Positions 14,696 to 44,530 of a stretch of DNA of 64,000 nucleotides are shown here, piece by piece. Positions within the stretch are counted from its first letter, which is position 1; the number at the start of each line of letters is the position of its first letter. Made by a program: the position numbers and the translations under genes. The notes under the pieces were generated by a model. The model was not told the DNA's origin. It searched no databases and saw nothing but the letters and a program-made list of their open reading frames with translations. The stretch is from Amoebidium appalachense (taxonomy: Eukaryota; Protista; Ichthyosporea), in assembly GCA_963693365.1 (NCBI GenBank), contig CAVNZM010000005.1, positions 9,342,334-9,406,333 of the forward strand. Direction: 5' to 3'.

Positions 14696-14726
<31 letters not shown>

Positions 14727-14812
14727 CCCCTAACATGACTGTACGAAGAACAGGTATAACTTGAAGCACTACAACACATATGAGATCCGTTACATTGGTG
14801 TACATTCCAATA

Positions 14813-16481
14813 TTAGACACTAGTTTGGCTACTCTGACTACTCTGAGATCCTGATTGGCTGCCTGCAGACTTGCGGCCACGATTACTTTGCTTTCGATCG
14901 TGCCATTGCAGCTGCGTCTCTCCAGCAGGTGGCAACGCCAGGCCCAGCACAGCAGATGCACGAGAAGGGGGTGGGAACTGCCCACCAGCCGAGGGCTGGC
15001 CCACATGGCCCAAGTAAGGATGGGGACCGTGCTGCGGCAGTAGCCCAGGCATGGGGAAGGCAGGGCCGGGCTGAGGCGGCATGATGCCCCACGGTGGGGG
15101 CCAGCCATGTGGGTGGTGCGGGCCTGGATGGGGTGCAGGGGGCATGTGCGGCACATGGCCCTGCTGCATGTCAAGCGCGGGTGCTGGTGGCATGGCATCC
15201 TGATTGGCTGCAACCCAACGTGGGCAGCTCTTGGCCCGATTGGAGCCGGGGCAGCCCTTGCCCTGGCGGCCACACGTCTTGCAGGTCTTGGGGGCTCTCT
15301 GGGGTGGCTGCATAGGAGGGGGCACCGGCAAATCCATCTGCAGGGGCCCCTCAGGGCCAATGTTGCGATGCTTTTTGCCCACTAGCATGGGCAAGGGCCG
15401 CTCACGCTGCGCCCCTGCATCGACACCGTCTGGAACAGGGAGGGGTGGCAAGGGGGCAGGCCGTATGGTTGCTGGCACAGCGTCTGCCCTCTCCTCGCGC
15501 ATACGCTTGCGGTGATCTGCCAGGCCCTCGTGTGTGGAGCGCTGTGCATGTGCCGTCTGCCAGGTCTTCCACTTGTCGAAATGCTTCTTGATGTAGGCCG
15601 CATCCTTCATGTAGATTCCCCCAGCCACAGAGGCAGCCTTGTTGAAGTCTTGGGCCAAAGCCTCGAACAGCTGGCCGTTGGGCTTTGCATGTGCCTTGTA
15701 GGTGCCCAGGAGCAGCGTGCTGAATAGCTTGCGCTCCTGAGGGGTAAGCACCGGAAGGAAGGGGATGGCCACATGTTGCTTCTGCGCCAGGAACTTGTAG
15801 TCGCCCCTCAGTGCAGGGTCCGGCTGTGGTGCACCACGCGCCACCTGGTTGCCCCCCCCCATGGCAGCACCGTCACCCTCCTCGACCTCACAGTCCTCTG
15901 GCCCGCCCATCACGCCATTGGCTGCAGGCTCGATGTTATCAGACGGAGGTGGGGGTGCGGGCACCGCAACTGGCTCCTGCGCCGGGGCATTGGCCACACA
16001 GGAGAGCGGGGCAAAGTTGAAGTACTCCTCCGGTAGCTTGTAGCAGCCTACGGGTACCCACTGGGGGTCGAGGTGATGGCCGTACAGCATCAGCGCCAGT
16101 GCCTCCATGTCGTCAACAATCCAGGGGCTGTAGTGGGGGGGCCCCGATGCCTGGCCCAGGCGGTTGCGGTAGTGTGCACGCAGGTTGTGGCGGTGGCGCC
16201 TATTGGACATGGTGGCGTCCAGCAGGCGCAGCGACATGCGTGTGGCCCCAAAGTGGGTGGCCAGGGGGTTGTGCACTGCCCCCTCCACCTCGTTGGTGCC
16301 CCGGATGCAGCGGTAGCGCATGAGCCCATCTGCGTCGGCAGTGGTCTCGTAGTAGAGGGGCAGGCCGGGGGGGTCCGACAGACAGCCATTTTGGGCGTGT
16401 TCGAGCAGCGACTGTGGGGGCACAAGCAAACATCAGAGAGATGGGTGGGTGGTGGTGGTGGTAGTGTGTGTGTATGTGTGT

Positions 16482-16512
<31 letters not shown>

Positions 16513-16595
16513 GGGGGGGGGGATGGGGTTGCTAAGGAAAAAAACGAGCAGGGAAAGGCAAAAAACAACTGGCTAGGCAGCAAGGGCCGTGCGGG

Positions 16596-16665
<70 letters not shown>

Positions 16666-16669
16666 ATGT

Positions 16670-16707
<38 letters not shown>

Positions 16708-17250
16708 GGCTAGGGTGTGCGTGTGTGTGCAGATGAACCAAGGATGACAAATAAGCGAAGAATCTTTTCTGTGGTGGTGGAGTTGTTGGGCGCCTGCAGG
16801 GGAGGGGGGGGGGGGGGGGGGGGATGTTGCCTCGAGTCTTTCAAAGCCATCCTTCTTGAACAGAGGCTTGCCATCCGGTCCGGGCGGCACATCCTTGTAG
16901 GTGTTTTTGAACTCCACCAGCCGCGAGACCAGCGTGTATGGGTCGGGAATAACCCGCCGGATGCGCTCCATGAAGTAGCTCAGGTCGCCGCCCTTGAGCT
17001 CGGTTTCAATGTCGATGCCCTTCTGCTCCAGCACCCCCTGTGAGGCAGGATGCCAATATTAATTTACTACGCACACTGCAATTTGGGTTTGGTAGACTTT
17101 GATACCTGCCGTTATTGTAGGACCCCTCCCCTCCACCCCCCCCATCTTCTCCCCCAACACAAGTAAAAAATGCATGTGGCTCTTTCCCCCCACAACCCTA
17201 CATTATTTCTCTCTAGGCATATGAATAACCCCCACTCTCCTCCCCCCCCC

Positions 17251-17292
<42 letters not shown>

Positions 17293-18333
17293 TTCCCCCC
17301 CCCTCTCTCTGAGGCTCAGGCTCTCTCTCTTCCCTCAGAAGTTTTGTCGAAGGTGTGCATGGTTGTGGGTGGAATGGTGAGTGTGTGCTAACGAGTGTAT
17401 GTGTGTGTGCGCGTCAGTCACGCATGTTGTTGTTGCCGTTTTTTTTATTTTTATTTTTTATTTTTTATTTTGGGGGGGGGGGGGGAGGGGGGGGCACCTT
17501 CACATGTCCGTAATCCTCTTCATTCCACACAAATATTGCCTCGCTGAGTGCGCGTGCGTACTCAGCCCTGCGGGGGTGTGACTTGTACGTGCCGTCCGCC
17601 GTGTTTGCAATGGAGTGGAAGGCGTCATTCAGCACAGTCTGCCACACCACCTCCCCAGGCGGTGCCTGGCCCAACATGCCCTCTCTGGGAGCTGCCTCGG
17701 GTCCCCCTGGGGCTGCCTCAAGGCCCCCCGGGGCTGCCTGGGGGTCCTGGGGGGGTGCCTGTGGGCCGGCAAGGGGTTGCTGCTGCTCGGCAGGGGGAGG
17801 GGCTGGGTCAGGGACCACCGGCACCTCGGCACCTGGGTCCGGTGGGGGCTGAATGGGCCGTAGCCACTGCAGGTGCACCATCAGCTCAAAGGGCGGCGGG
17901 CCCAGCTCTCCCAGGGTCTTGCCCTTGTCGGGGCCAAAGGGCACCTGCATGGCCGGCGACAGCACCTGATCCACCCGCACCACTGCATGCTTCTTGCCCA
18001 CCTTCATGCCCCCCCAGCGCTCCGGCTGCACAGCCAGCACCACCCCGGTGGCTGCTGCAGCATGTGGGCCCCGCCGGGGCACAATCTCAACCCCTTCACC
18101 GAGTGCCTTTGCATGAAGCCGCGCTGCATGTCATAGAGGGAAGCAAAAAACTCAGCCAAAAAGCCACAGCACCAACGTTTTTCTCTTCGCTCCACAAAAA
18201 TCAAATGCATATTCCTTAGCAACCCCCTCCCCCCCCCCCCTCCCCCCCCCCCCCCCCCCCTTCTCCCTCCCCCCCCCCCCCCTCTCCCAGTGCCCAGCTT
18301 GTGTGGCACTTGCACGTGTTAACAGTGCTATAG

Positions 18334-18367
<34 letters not shown>

Positions 18368-19972
18368 ACCACCACCACCACCAATCACCCCCTCCTTTGA
18401 TAGCCACCCGACACCCAGCATAACACAACTGGAACACTGGCCCATGTGGTCAGCCACCCCCCCCCCCCCCCCCCCCCCCTCCCCCCCCCCCTCCCCCCTC
18501 CCCTCCCTCCTCTGGGGGGCCCACAATCTTTCTATATCTGGCATAAGCACATAAGCACTGGGGCAAAAAGCAGGTGGGATACACACCTGACAGGTTTGGC
18601 CTATCGACCACGGCCGAGTAGACCTGCAGGGACGCATATGCATCAAGGGCAGCGTAGGTGGCCTGCACCTCTGATAGCGGCTCGTGCCAGTTGGAGCATC
18701 GAACAAGTGCCGGCTTGGGCAGCTTCTTGCCTATGACCTGGGCAGTGATGTCGGCCAAGCCCCGGGCCGCAGAGGTGATAGCTGCACGGGCATAGCAGAA
18801 CCGGCCCAGCTCCAGATAGCTGGCCACAGGGGTGCCGTAGTCCTTGTTGAGGTGGGCCGAGTCCGTGCCGATCTGCTTGCCCACCTTGATGATGCTGGGG
18901 TCCCTAAGCAGCGCAATCAGCTCGTCCACCAGCCGCGCGGGCGGGCTGTGGTTGGGGCCCATGCGTGCCAAGTGGAAGATGTACACGGCCCGTGCGGTGG
19001 CAATCTGCAGCGTGCAAACCTTGGACCGCGCCTGGCCCACCCGATAGACCCACTCGCAGTCCAGCCCCACCACGCGGTGCTGCTGCCCCTCCAGGTCGGC
19101 ACGAATGGCCGCTGTAGCCACCACCGCCCCCTGGCAGTCGGTGTACACCGGCTTAGGGTAGTTGGCTGCATGTGTCACAACGGTTCGCGCCCCACGTACC
19201 AACGACACAGACGCCGCGCATCAGCCAACTTCATGTGTGTGCAATATATAATGCCTTATTAATCTATTGTATGATCAAAAGGAAATTGCGATATTGCTTC
19301 TGCTTAGCGCTCGTTTCAAACGTAAAATGCACATGCATCATGGCATCGTGTGCATGCGGCAAACAAATACAGACCTAGAATGGCATGCAAGGGGCCTATC
19401 TATTGGCTGAGCAACTTGGTGCACAGATTCGGAGTTTCGGGCTAGATCTGCGTTTGCGACACACTACGCACGCGGCCCATGCCGCCATGCGCCAAAGAAA
19501 ATCTATAAGGACACACGTGTACCAGACACGCCATATATTCGACATGTAACACGTGTTGTTTGTGCACTATGTTACGTGCGGTCGGCCGTGCATCACATGC
19601 ATAGGCTGGATTGCAACTTGCCTGCAGCGCCTGAGCTGCCTGACGCGGAACTCACAAGGACCGGTGCCAGGTGCACCGAAATGGCACGCTGCAATTTTAG
19701 GTAAACCAATCAAATCGACCGACACGTGACGGGTCGCTCAACAATGTGCTGTAACTAAAAGAGCAATTTGAAGTGACAACGCCCATGTGTGCACAACACA
19801 GCACACCATGCACATTAGCGATCCTGCATCTTTTGCAGCCTGAAAGCTTATGTTTTACACTATTATGGGCTCAGATGTTGTAGCCCGCAGAATGGCATGT
19901 CACTTCGGTCCGTCACTGACGGCCGGGGTTCGATTTTCCGAGAAAACGTTCCTGTTTCGGACGCGTTGCCAT
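14813..19972 (-). CDS. Dada-superfamily transposase-like protein with DEDDy (WRN/DnaQ-type) 3'-5' exonuclease; exons 19165-18587, 18123-17498, 17037-16831, 16411-14813, with putative first exon 19972-19921 and possible 33-nt micro-exon 19688-19656
   Basis: Exonuclease motifs VVGLDCEW, KVGKQIGTD and YAALDA. These are followed by VLNDAFH (DxxH)..HP...ALSEAIFVWNEED, RIRRVIP..GKPLF, GCLSDPPGLPLY, YRCIRGTNEVEGAVH and a C-terminal CKTC..CPG..C knuckle, matching my recollection of Dada transposases. The four main exons join in frame with no stop. The first exon is inferred from a GCCGCCACCATGG start context and a phase-compatible GTCAGT donor. Confidence 0.75.
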
Positions 19973-20227
19973 GGTGGCGGCGGTGCTGCAGCCTGTGCCA
20001 GGCAGGGCATGCGCATGCGCAGCCGCTGGCTGGGGCTTTAAGGGGCCTTAAACATGGCAACTTTTGTTTTCTTGGTCAGGTACACACAGCTGTTTGCGAA
20101 CTCACACATCCAAGCTTAAGGCAGTACCGTATCATGCCATTGAATATACTTTCCGGCTCTGGCAATCTGGGTCAAGAATCAAATCTTTATGAATTAGGTG
20201 TGTGTTTAATATCATGATTATGACAGT

Positions 20228-20295
<68 letters not shown>

Positions 20296-20309
20296 GTGCA
20301 CGCGTGCCA

Positions 20310-20415
<106 letters not shown>

Positions 20416-20854
20416 ACATAACATGTGTCTCTGTGTGTACATGTATGAGCGTGTGTGTGTGGTGTGTGTGTACATGCATGTGCGCTTGTGTATTGGTGTG
20501 TGCACGTGTATATGTGTGTGCGGAAGTGTGTGTGGGTGTGTGGGTGTCATGTATACGTGTTTATCTATGACAGATAGAGGTGTGTATAGTATGTGTCTAC
20601 GATGTGTAGTGTTTGTGTCACGGTGTGCGCAGTATGTCATTGTTGTGCTGATACTTCAATATACCATTAATGCATTCTCTGTGATACAGTACGATCTGTG
20701 CACATGTCTAGGCGGAAGACGGTAAGATCCCCTGAGGCAGTGCCTCGCTGGGAGTGAACCGGGATAAAAAAAAAAATAATAATAAAAAAAAGAATTAGTG
20801 CATTCTCTGTGCATCTGGTTGTGTGTAAGTCTATGTAAATATATCCCAAAAAAC

Positions 20855-21103
20855 TACCTAAATATCATATTGCTTTTCTCCCGATCTATCACAAAACCTG
20901 CCTAAATATCATAGATCATATCCCGGAAAATCCCGAAAAATGGACCTAAATATCAAGTTCATCTATCTCTTGGGCCCCTATCTATCCCGAGAAATATCAT
21001 TTTTCTCTCGCTGAAGCCTAAATATCCGGGCTAATATCCGGTGCTAAACTTAGCCCGGCGGGCAGGTATCCATATTATTTCGAAGACTCAGGCCTAAGTA
21101 TCA

Positions 21104-21199
<96 letters not shown>

Positions 21200-21213
21200 G
21201 GTGGGTGGGTGGT

Positions 21214-21264
<51 letters not shown>

Positions 21265-21398
21265 TGCATGCATGAATAAAAAGGATATGCATATGGATCA
21301 TATGCACCATTACGTACGTGTGAGTCGTGACAAGTCGGCAGTGCACGTGTGGCCGGCCCCGGCCTCGATTGAGGGCGGGGGGTGGGGGGGGGCCGGAA

Positions 21399-21437
<39 letters not shown>

Positions 21438-21512
21438 GGGGAGGGGGAGGAATAACTTGTATGCATGCATGAAAAAGAGTATGTGTGCACGAACCAGAAG
21501 GCCAAAGGCTGG

Positions 21513-21553
<41 letters not shown>

Positions 21554-21895
21554 AAGGCACGGGACGGTCTTGCCACCACAATGAAATTTTATCCTTGCTC
21601 ACGTCGACTACTTATCTTCTGCTACATATACATGACTTTTTATCAGCCTGACTTTGCATTCGTTCACAACCTTGATCTTAGCCTATTTGCTGTGATATCC
21701 CTGGCCACAAACATATATAATATATCCCTAAACCCACGGGATACCTAAATCTATCCTGAGCGCTCGACCGGGATATATCCACCCCCTGTGGATAGATTGG
21801 AAATCCCGCCCCTCCCTAAATATCATTTGGAACTATCCCAAAACTGCCTAAATATCCGGATATATCCCATATCCCGAGGACCCCTAAATATCCTG
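20855..21895 (+). repeat. Dispersed array of the motif CCTAAATATC (about 7 exact copies plus variants)
   Basis: Copies near 20858, 20901, 20945, 21017, 21815, 21847 and 21882; variants near 21093 and 21744; all in the same orientation. Confidence 0.7.
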
Positions 21896-23211
21896 TGGAG
21901 ATGCGGGATTTTTTTACATAGGCTTAGTTGTGTGTGGTACCAGTTTTTCCGGTGTACTGTTTCAAAATCTTCAGGCCCGCAGGCGCGCCCCACGCAGAAC
22001 CGTACCATGAACTTTCTAGTTTCAAATATTACAAGATTTGCGTAAAAAGCGGTAAAAAGGTGATGTCATTGACCCCATGCAGCAAATATTGGCTGGAATT
22101 GGAGTCCCAATTTCATCGACACGTCCTTGCCCGGGGCCCGGGCTCGCGCTGTGACAGAATAGCAAATGTAAAGAAGTCATGGGCAGCAAAGATACAGAAA
22201 CAAAGCGTAAAAACAAAATGGAAACATTTCAAGGATAACAACCGTTTGTGAGCTTTTTTCCCGCTCATACATACATGTGGCCTTCGCAAGCTCTAACATT
22301 TTATATTAGTGGCGAGGCACCTATATGATATTTCACACACTGTTACAATACTATTTCAAATTATGGTATTTTCCGTCCAGCAGTTCTTCTTTTTATAGAC
22401 CCATTCTCAGAGAGCACTGGTACGGCTTGTGAGCCGCTTGCTTTCGAAATTCCTCTAACTGAGCGCGGCGGGCGGCGTGCAGGCGGCGTGTGCATGGTCT
22501 CACACCTTACATGCATAGTCTTGATGTGAGCCTCGATGTAATGTAAGGTGGAGTCTATTGAAGGAAGGGTGCATTATGATATAAAGAGCACGGTCATAAG
22601 GGTGGCGATTCTGTGATGTGGGACAAGTTAGGTCACATGCAACTTCACCTGTAAGATCAATGAAGGGAATGGGATTGTTACCTTTTTGAAGGGTAAATCA
22701 AATCAAGTCACAGGAACAAACGGGGGCGCTCATGCTTGTCGTTTCTCTTCAAACGTCACACTACGTTATCTTCTGGTTTGTCCTGGGGATATAAAACCAA
22801 CTGCTGATACCTGTGTGAAGGTGGGTTTTAGGTCTTGGGACCTAGCACCACCCAGCAAAATTTGGTTTTCTTCTTCCATCTTTCTTTGAAGGCAAATGTA
22901 AAGGTGCTGGTGTCAACCATTAGTTACTTGCGTCTGTCGTGTCATCTATAGCTTCAAGGACCATGTGGCTAGAAGAGGATAACGTTCGAGTAGGGAGATT
23001 CAATGGTTTGCAATTTGCTGTCATCCCTGGGTGGCTTATTTAAGGTTGGTGTGTTGGGGGACTCTTGAGAGGAAGGGAAACAGGATCATGTGGTACTGCG
23101 GATAGCTGATGAGTTGGTGAAGATCCACGGGCAAGCTTTGGGTACCAATAGACGCCGCTGCCAGAAATTTCAATTGGATGTGGGTTCAGGTTTTCAAGAA
23201 GGGACGCAAAC

Positions 23212-39877
<16,666 letters not shown>

Positions 39878-40709
39878 AGAGGGGAAGTGGAATGTTGTCG
39901 CTCTCTGGTACTTGGGATGTATGTTGTGGGATGTCCTTGCTTTACTATTGTTATTACTGTTAATATTACTATTATTACCTATTATTACTACTATTACTTG
40001 TATAGTGATTGTTGTTGTTTTTGTTGTGGTTGTTTTGATTGTGTTCTAACTATGAAGGGAGGGAGGCTGTGCTTTAGCTTGGATGGCGTAACTGTTGGTG
40101 TGGAAACGGTAATGCCTTCGGGGATAAGGAGGGGAAAGGGGGTGGCGTGCACCTATATCAGATGTAGGTAAAGGGGGAAGGGGCAGGGGGGGGGGGGGGG
40201 AGGGGGGGAGGGAGGGGGGAGGGTGTTGTGATGCATTTGGGATCTATGTTGTGGGGTGCATTGTTCCTATTGTTTCTATTATGATAATGATTGCTATTAG
40301 TGTTGTTACTAATTATTGTTATTTTTGTTATTGTCATGGTTTTTATTGGGAGTAGTATTGTGTTTTATCTATGGTGAGGGGAAGCTTTCGGGTTATCAAA
40401 GGAAGGAGGGGAAAGGGGTCGTTGTGGTGTTAATTGGATGTATGGTGTGGTGTGTTTGTTCTCTTTTCGTTGTTGTTGTTCAATTCAAGGGGTAAGGAAA
40501 GTGTTTTGGCCAGTTTGATGGTGATGGTGTCCCCGTCGCTGCAGAATTGGTATTTATTACCGTTAGGAAGAGGAGGGAGAGGAGGCATGTTGTTAGGTGT
40601 TCTTGTTTGCGGGTTGTTGTTATGTGATCTTTCTGGCTTTGGGAGGGAATTCTGGTGCCTTGTGGTGGGTGGGTGTGCTTCTGGGCTGGCGGTGTCTGGG
40701 TGGGTGGGT

Positions 40710-40762
<53 letters not shown>

Positions 40763-41247
40763 GAATGCTTTGTATATGATATATTTTCATTTATCTCCTC
40801 ATCTGCGATAAGTTTTTTTTTAATTCTCGTAGAGTGTTTGTGTGTTGGGGGGAGGCGGGGAGGGGGGGAGGGGGGAGGGGGGAGGGGGGTTTTTGGTTGT
40901 ACAGTGTGGATGGGTGGGCCGGGGGTTATGCAAGACCATTCACCTGACGCAAGTTTCCTTTGGTCGAATCATCGGTCGTGCTTCAATTTTTTCTCGTTGT
41001 GAATCTCGCTTTTGTTATGACAAACAAATTATATATAATGTAAAAACAAAAGTTTTTTAACGTGTACATATGACGCAAACACAACTATGGCCTTGTCTGA
41101 ACGAATAAAGAAAAAAGGTTTATCTGTGTGAGCTAGTGAGGGCGCGTGCGCACGTGTGTGTGTGGGTGGGTGGGTGGGTGGGTGGGTGGGTGGGTGGGTG
41201 TACGTGCAAATCCCAACCCCCCAACGTTGCTCATTGGGCCATTTACC

Positions 41248-41278
<31 letters not shown>

Positions 41279-41323
41279 ACCTCTCTTTTGCATGTGCAGT
41301 GGCCCACACACAATCGGCACCAT

Positions 41324-41379
<56 letters not shown>

Positions 41380-41552
41380 CTTCGCTGGTCTATATACAAA
41401 CTCTCTGTTAGTGACAACACTTACTATCATTTGCTTTACTACTGGACAGCGTCTGCCGGCCTACAGCATTTCCTTCCCTCAAGTGCGCACATATACGTAT
41501 ACATGCAAGTTTGATATAAGCAGTACAACTACCCTTACATGCATTGCAAGCC

Positions 41553-41592
<40 letters not shown>

Positions 41593-41724
41593 GCACACAC
41601 ACACACACACCGAGTAAGACATCCGAAGTTATTAACTGCTTACAACGGTCACCGTATCCAATCCTTCCCCTCCATTATCTACGTTTTTACTCCTGGTCAG
41701 CCTATCAAAAAAGATACTGGTGCG

Positions 41725-43118
41725 GAAGGGGGGGCGGGGGGGGAGGGGGGGGGGGGGAGGGAGGGGAGGCCTCGGGAGGATGGGGAGCTCGAGAGGGAGG
41801 GAGGGGGGGGGAGCGGGCCTGGCGCAGGGACCTGAGTGAGAGGGATGGAAGGGGGAAGAGGGGAGAGGGGGGGAGGGGGGGAGGGGGGGGAGGGGGAGGG
41901 GGAAGCCTCGGGAGGAAGGGTGGGGGGTGTTGGGGGGAGGGGGTGGGGAAGTGGGGGGGGGGACAGTAAACAGGAAGAGCGGGCCATGGCGGGGGGGGGG
42001 GGGGGGGAGAGAGAGAGAGAGTGGGACGGGGGGGGGGGGGGGGGGGGTAAGGGCTCCATGGTCCAACTAGAGTTTTATAATGTTGTTGAATCATTAAAGA
42101 AGAATCTTTGAGTCCAAAAAAACCTTTTCTCTATTCTACCCCTCTTCCCCCATCCCCACGTTCTTCCCCCCCCCACCCCCCCTCTCTCCCCCTCCCTATA
42201 TCTCTCCCTCCTGCCCTCCGTCCCTTCCATCAACCCTCTCCTGTCTCTTTCCCCCTCCCCATCTCAATCCCTTTCTCTCCCCCTCTCTCTTCTTCCCCCC
42301 CCCCCCCCCCCCCCCTCGCTCTCTTTCCCTCTCTCTTTTTCTTTGGGGGGCGGGGGGGGGGGGGGGGGGGGGGGGGGAGGGGGAGGGGGGGGGGGAGGCC
42401 TCGGGAGGATGGGGAGCTCGAGAGGGAGGGAGGGTTGGGAAGCGGGCCTGGCGCAGGGACCTGAGTGAGAGGGATGGAAGGGGGAAGAGGGGAGAGGGGG
42501 GAGGGGGGAGGGGGGCAGGGGAGGGGGAAGCCTCGGGAGGAAGGGTGGGGGGTGTTGGGGGAAGGGGGTGGGGAAGTGGGGGGGAGGGGGGGGACAGTAA
42601 ACACAGGAAGAGCGGGGCCATGGCGGGGTGGGGGGGGGGTAAGGGCTCCATGGTCCAACTGGAGTTTTATAATGTTGTTGAATCATTTCTTTGAGTCCAA
42701 AAAAACCTTTTCTCTATTCTATCCCTCTTCCCCCATCCCCACGTTCTTCCCCCCCCCACCCCCCTCTCTCCCCCTCCCTATATCTCTCCCTCCTGCCCTC
42801 CGTCCCTTCCTCCAACCCTCTCCTGTCTCTTTCCCCCTCCCCATCTCAATCCCTTTCTCTCCCCCTCTCTCTCTCTCTCCCCCCCCCCCCCCCCCCCTCG
42901 CTCTCTTTCCCTCTCTCTTTTTCTTTTGGGGGCGGGGGGGGGGGGGGGGGGGGGGGGAGGTGGGGGGGGAAGGTGGCGGGCGGGGGGGGGGGGGGGGGGG
43001 GGGGGATTAGTGTGTAAAATGGGTATTGACCCCCCGGCAGGTGGACGTTGGTGTGGGCTCAGCGAGGCCCCACTTCTTGCGTCTATCTCAGTGATTTCTT
43101 TCCTTTAAGGCCTTAAGG
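41725..43118 (+). repeat. G-rich/C-rich repeat element: two tandem units of about 600 bp plus an end segment finishing at TTAAGGTTCA
   Basis: AGCGGGCCTGGCGCAGGGACCTGAGTGAGAGGGATGGAA and GGCTCCATGGTCCAACT..GTTGAATCATT each occur twice (about 41810/42440 and 42050/42640). Confidence 0.8.
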
Positions 43119-43704
43119 TTCATGGCGCAATTTTTTTTTTTTTTTTTTTTTGCCCGGCGATAATTCCATAGGCTTTCAAGTGATTCTTGTCGGCATTTAC
43201 ACCACAGCTGCTTTCACACACCATCAGCATCATGCTATATTCATAGCAAAATGCTAATTTTGAACATCGTCGGAGCCAGCCGTGGTCAAAACATTGTGCT
43301 CACACACTACCAACAGGATTTGCCCCCCCCCCCCCCCCCCCCCCTTCCCACCCACCCCTTCCCCCCACTCCCCCAAACCCCTTGTGTACGTGTACACTCC
43401 AGGCGATGCTCACCATTTAGCTGCTTCTTCGAATCCCCCCCCCCCCCCCCCCCCTTTAAACGATCTCCAAGAACACCCCCCCCCCCCCCTCCCTCCCTCC
43501 CTCGGCTCCGACCCCCCCTCCTAGAAAAACCAAAATAAAATACAGTAAACCCCTTTTATAACACACTTGCATGCTGGGTCACACCGAAAACACACATAAT
43601 GTCCTAAGTAGTCTCACACACCACATATGTGTACTCACACATGTTCATCTAGTCTATCTGATCTATAGGAAACCTCGAGTGCGTAGATGTGTGCATGTGT
43701 GTCT

Positions 43705-43752
<48 letters not shown>

Positions 43753-44530
43753 GGGTAGGGAGAAGGGGGGTTAGGGAAGGGAGGGAAGGGGGGAGGGGGG
43801 GGGGGGGGGGGGGGGGGGGGGAAGGGAATGGGAAAAACATAATCCAGAAACAGGCTTAATGAGACATGCCGACGAACACTTGAAGGAGGGTATACGGCAT
43901 AGATATTGGGCACTGGGTCCGTAGCTACGATAAATTTAGTTTTCTGATTCTGCTGTTACATGATGTGGCGGAGTAATTTGAGAGAGTCTTTGGTTTATTG
44001 TACACTTCCAGTTGATCACAGTAATGGGGGAATGGATGCACATACTGCTGTAACCGGGATGTGGTAGAGTTATTCTGAATGATATCGATTTTTTGGTTCT
44101 GGTGCATTTCGAAGCCTTCCGAACTTTTTTTTCCAAGCCCAAATCATGATATGAGGGTACAGTGTCACTTTCATTAGAACAGACTCAGAGGTACAGGAAC
44201 TATTATGACAGCCAGTTCACAGAACGGCTATCTGTGCCACTTCCATTCCAAAAACGTATTCTCCAAAGTTCATATAAACATAGGCGCTATTAGGCTGTTA
44301 ATTATCGCGGCTACAACTAATTAGTTGTTGTATTTAATTTCGGGCATTGGAACCAAACAAACCAAGGGAGACTGACGAATATTTTCGTGATGTCATCGAT
44401 AAAGACGTCTCGTTTGAAATCAATGAAAGTATTCGATGCTGGCCTCATTTCAGGCATGTGTGACACATTGTGTGTGCAATGATATTCAATGACTCTGCCG
44501 TAATCGGTCATTAAGATTATAATCCCCTTT

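Noticed and set aside
19910-19940. CCGGGGTTCGATT resembles a tRNA T-arm/B box
   Set aside because: No cloverleaf or A box can be built, and it overlaps the putative first exon on the other strand.
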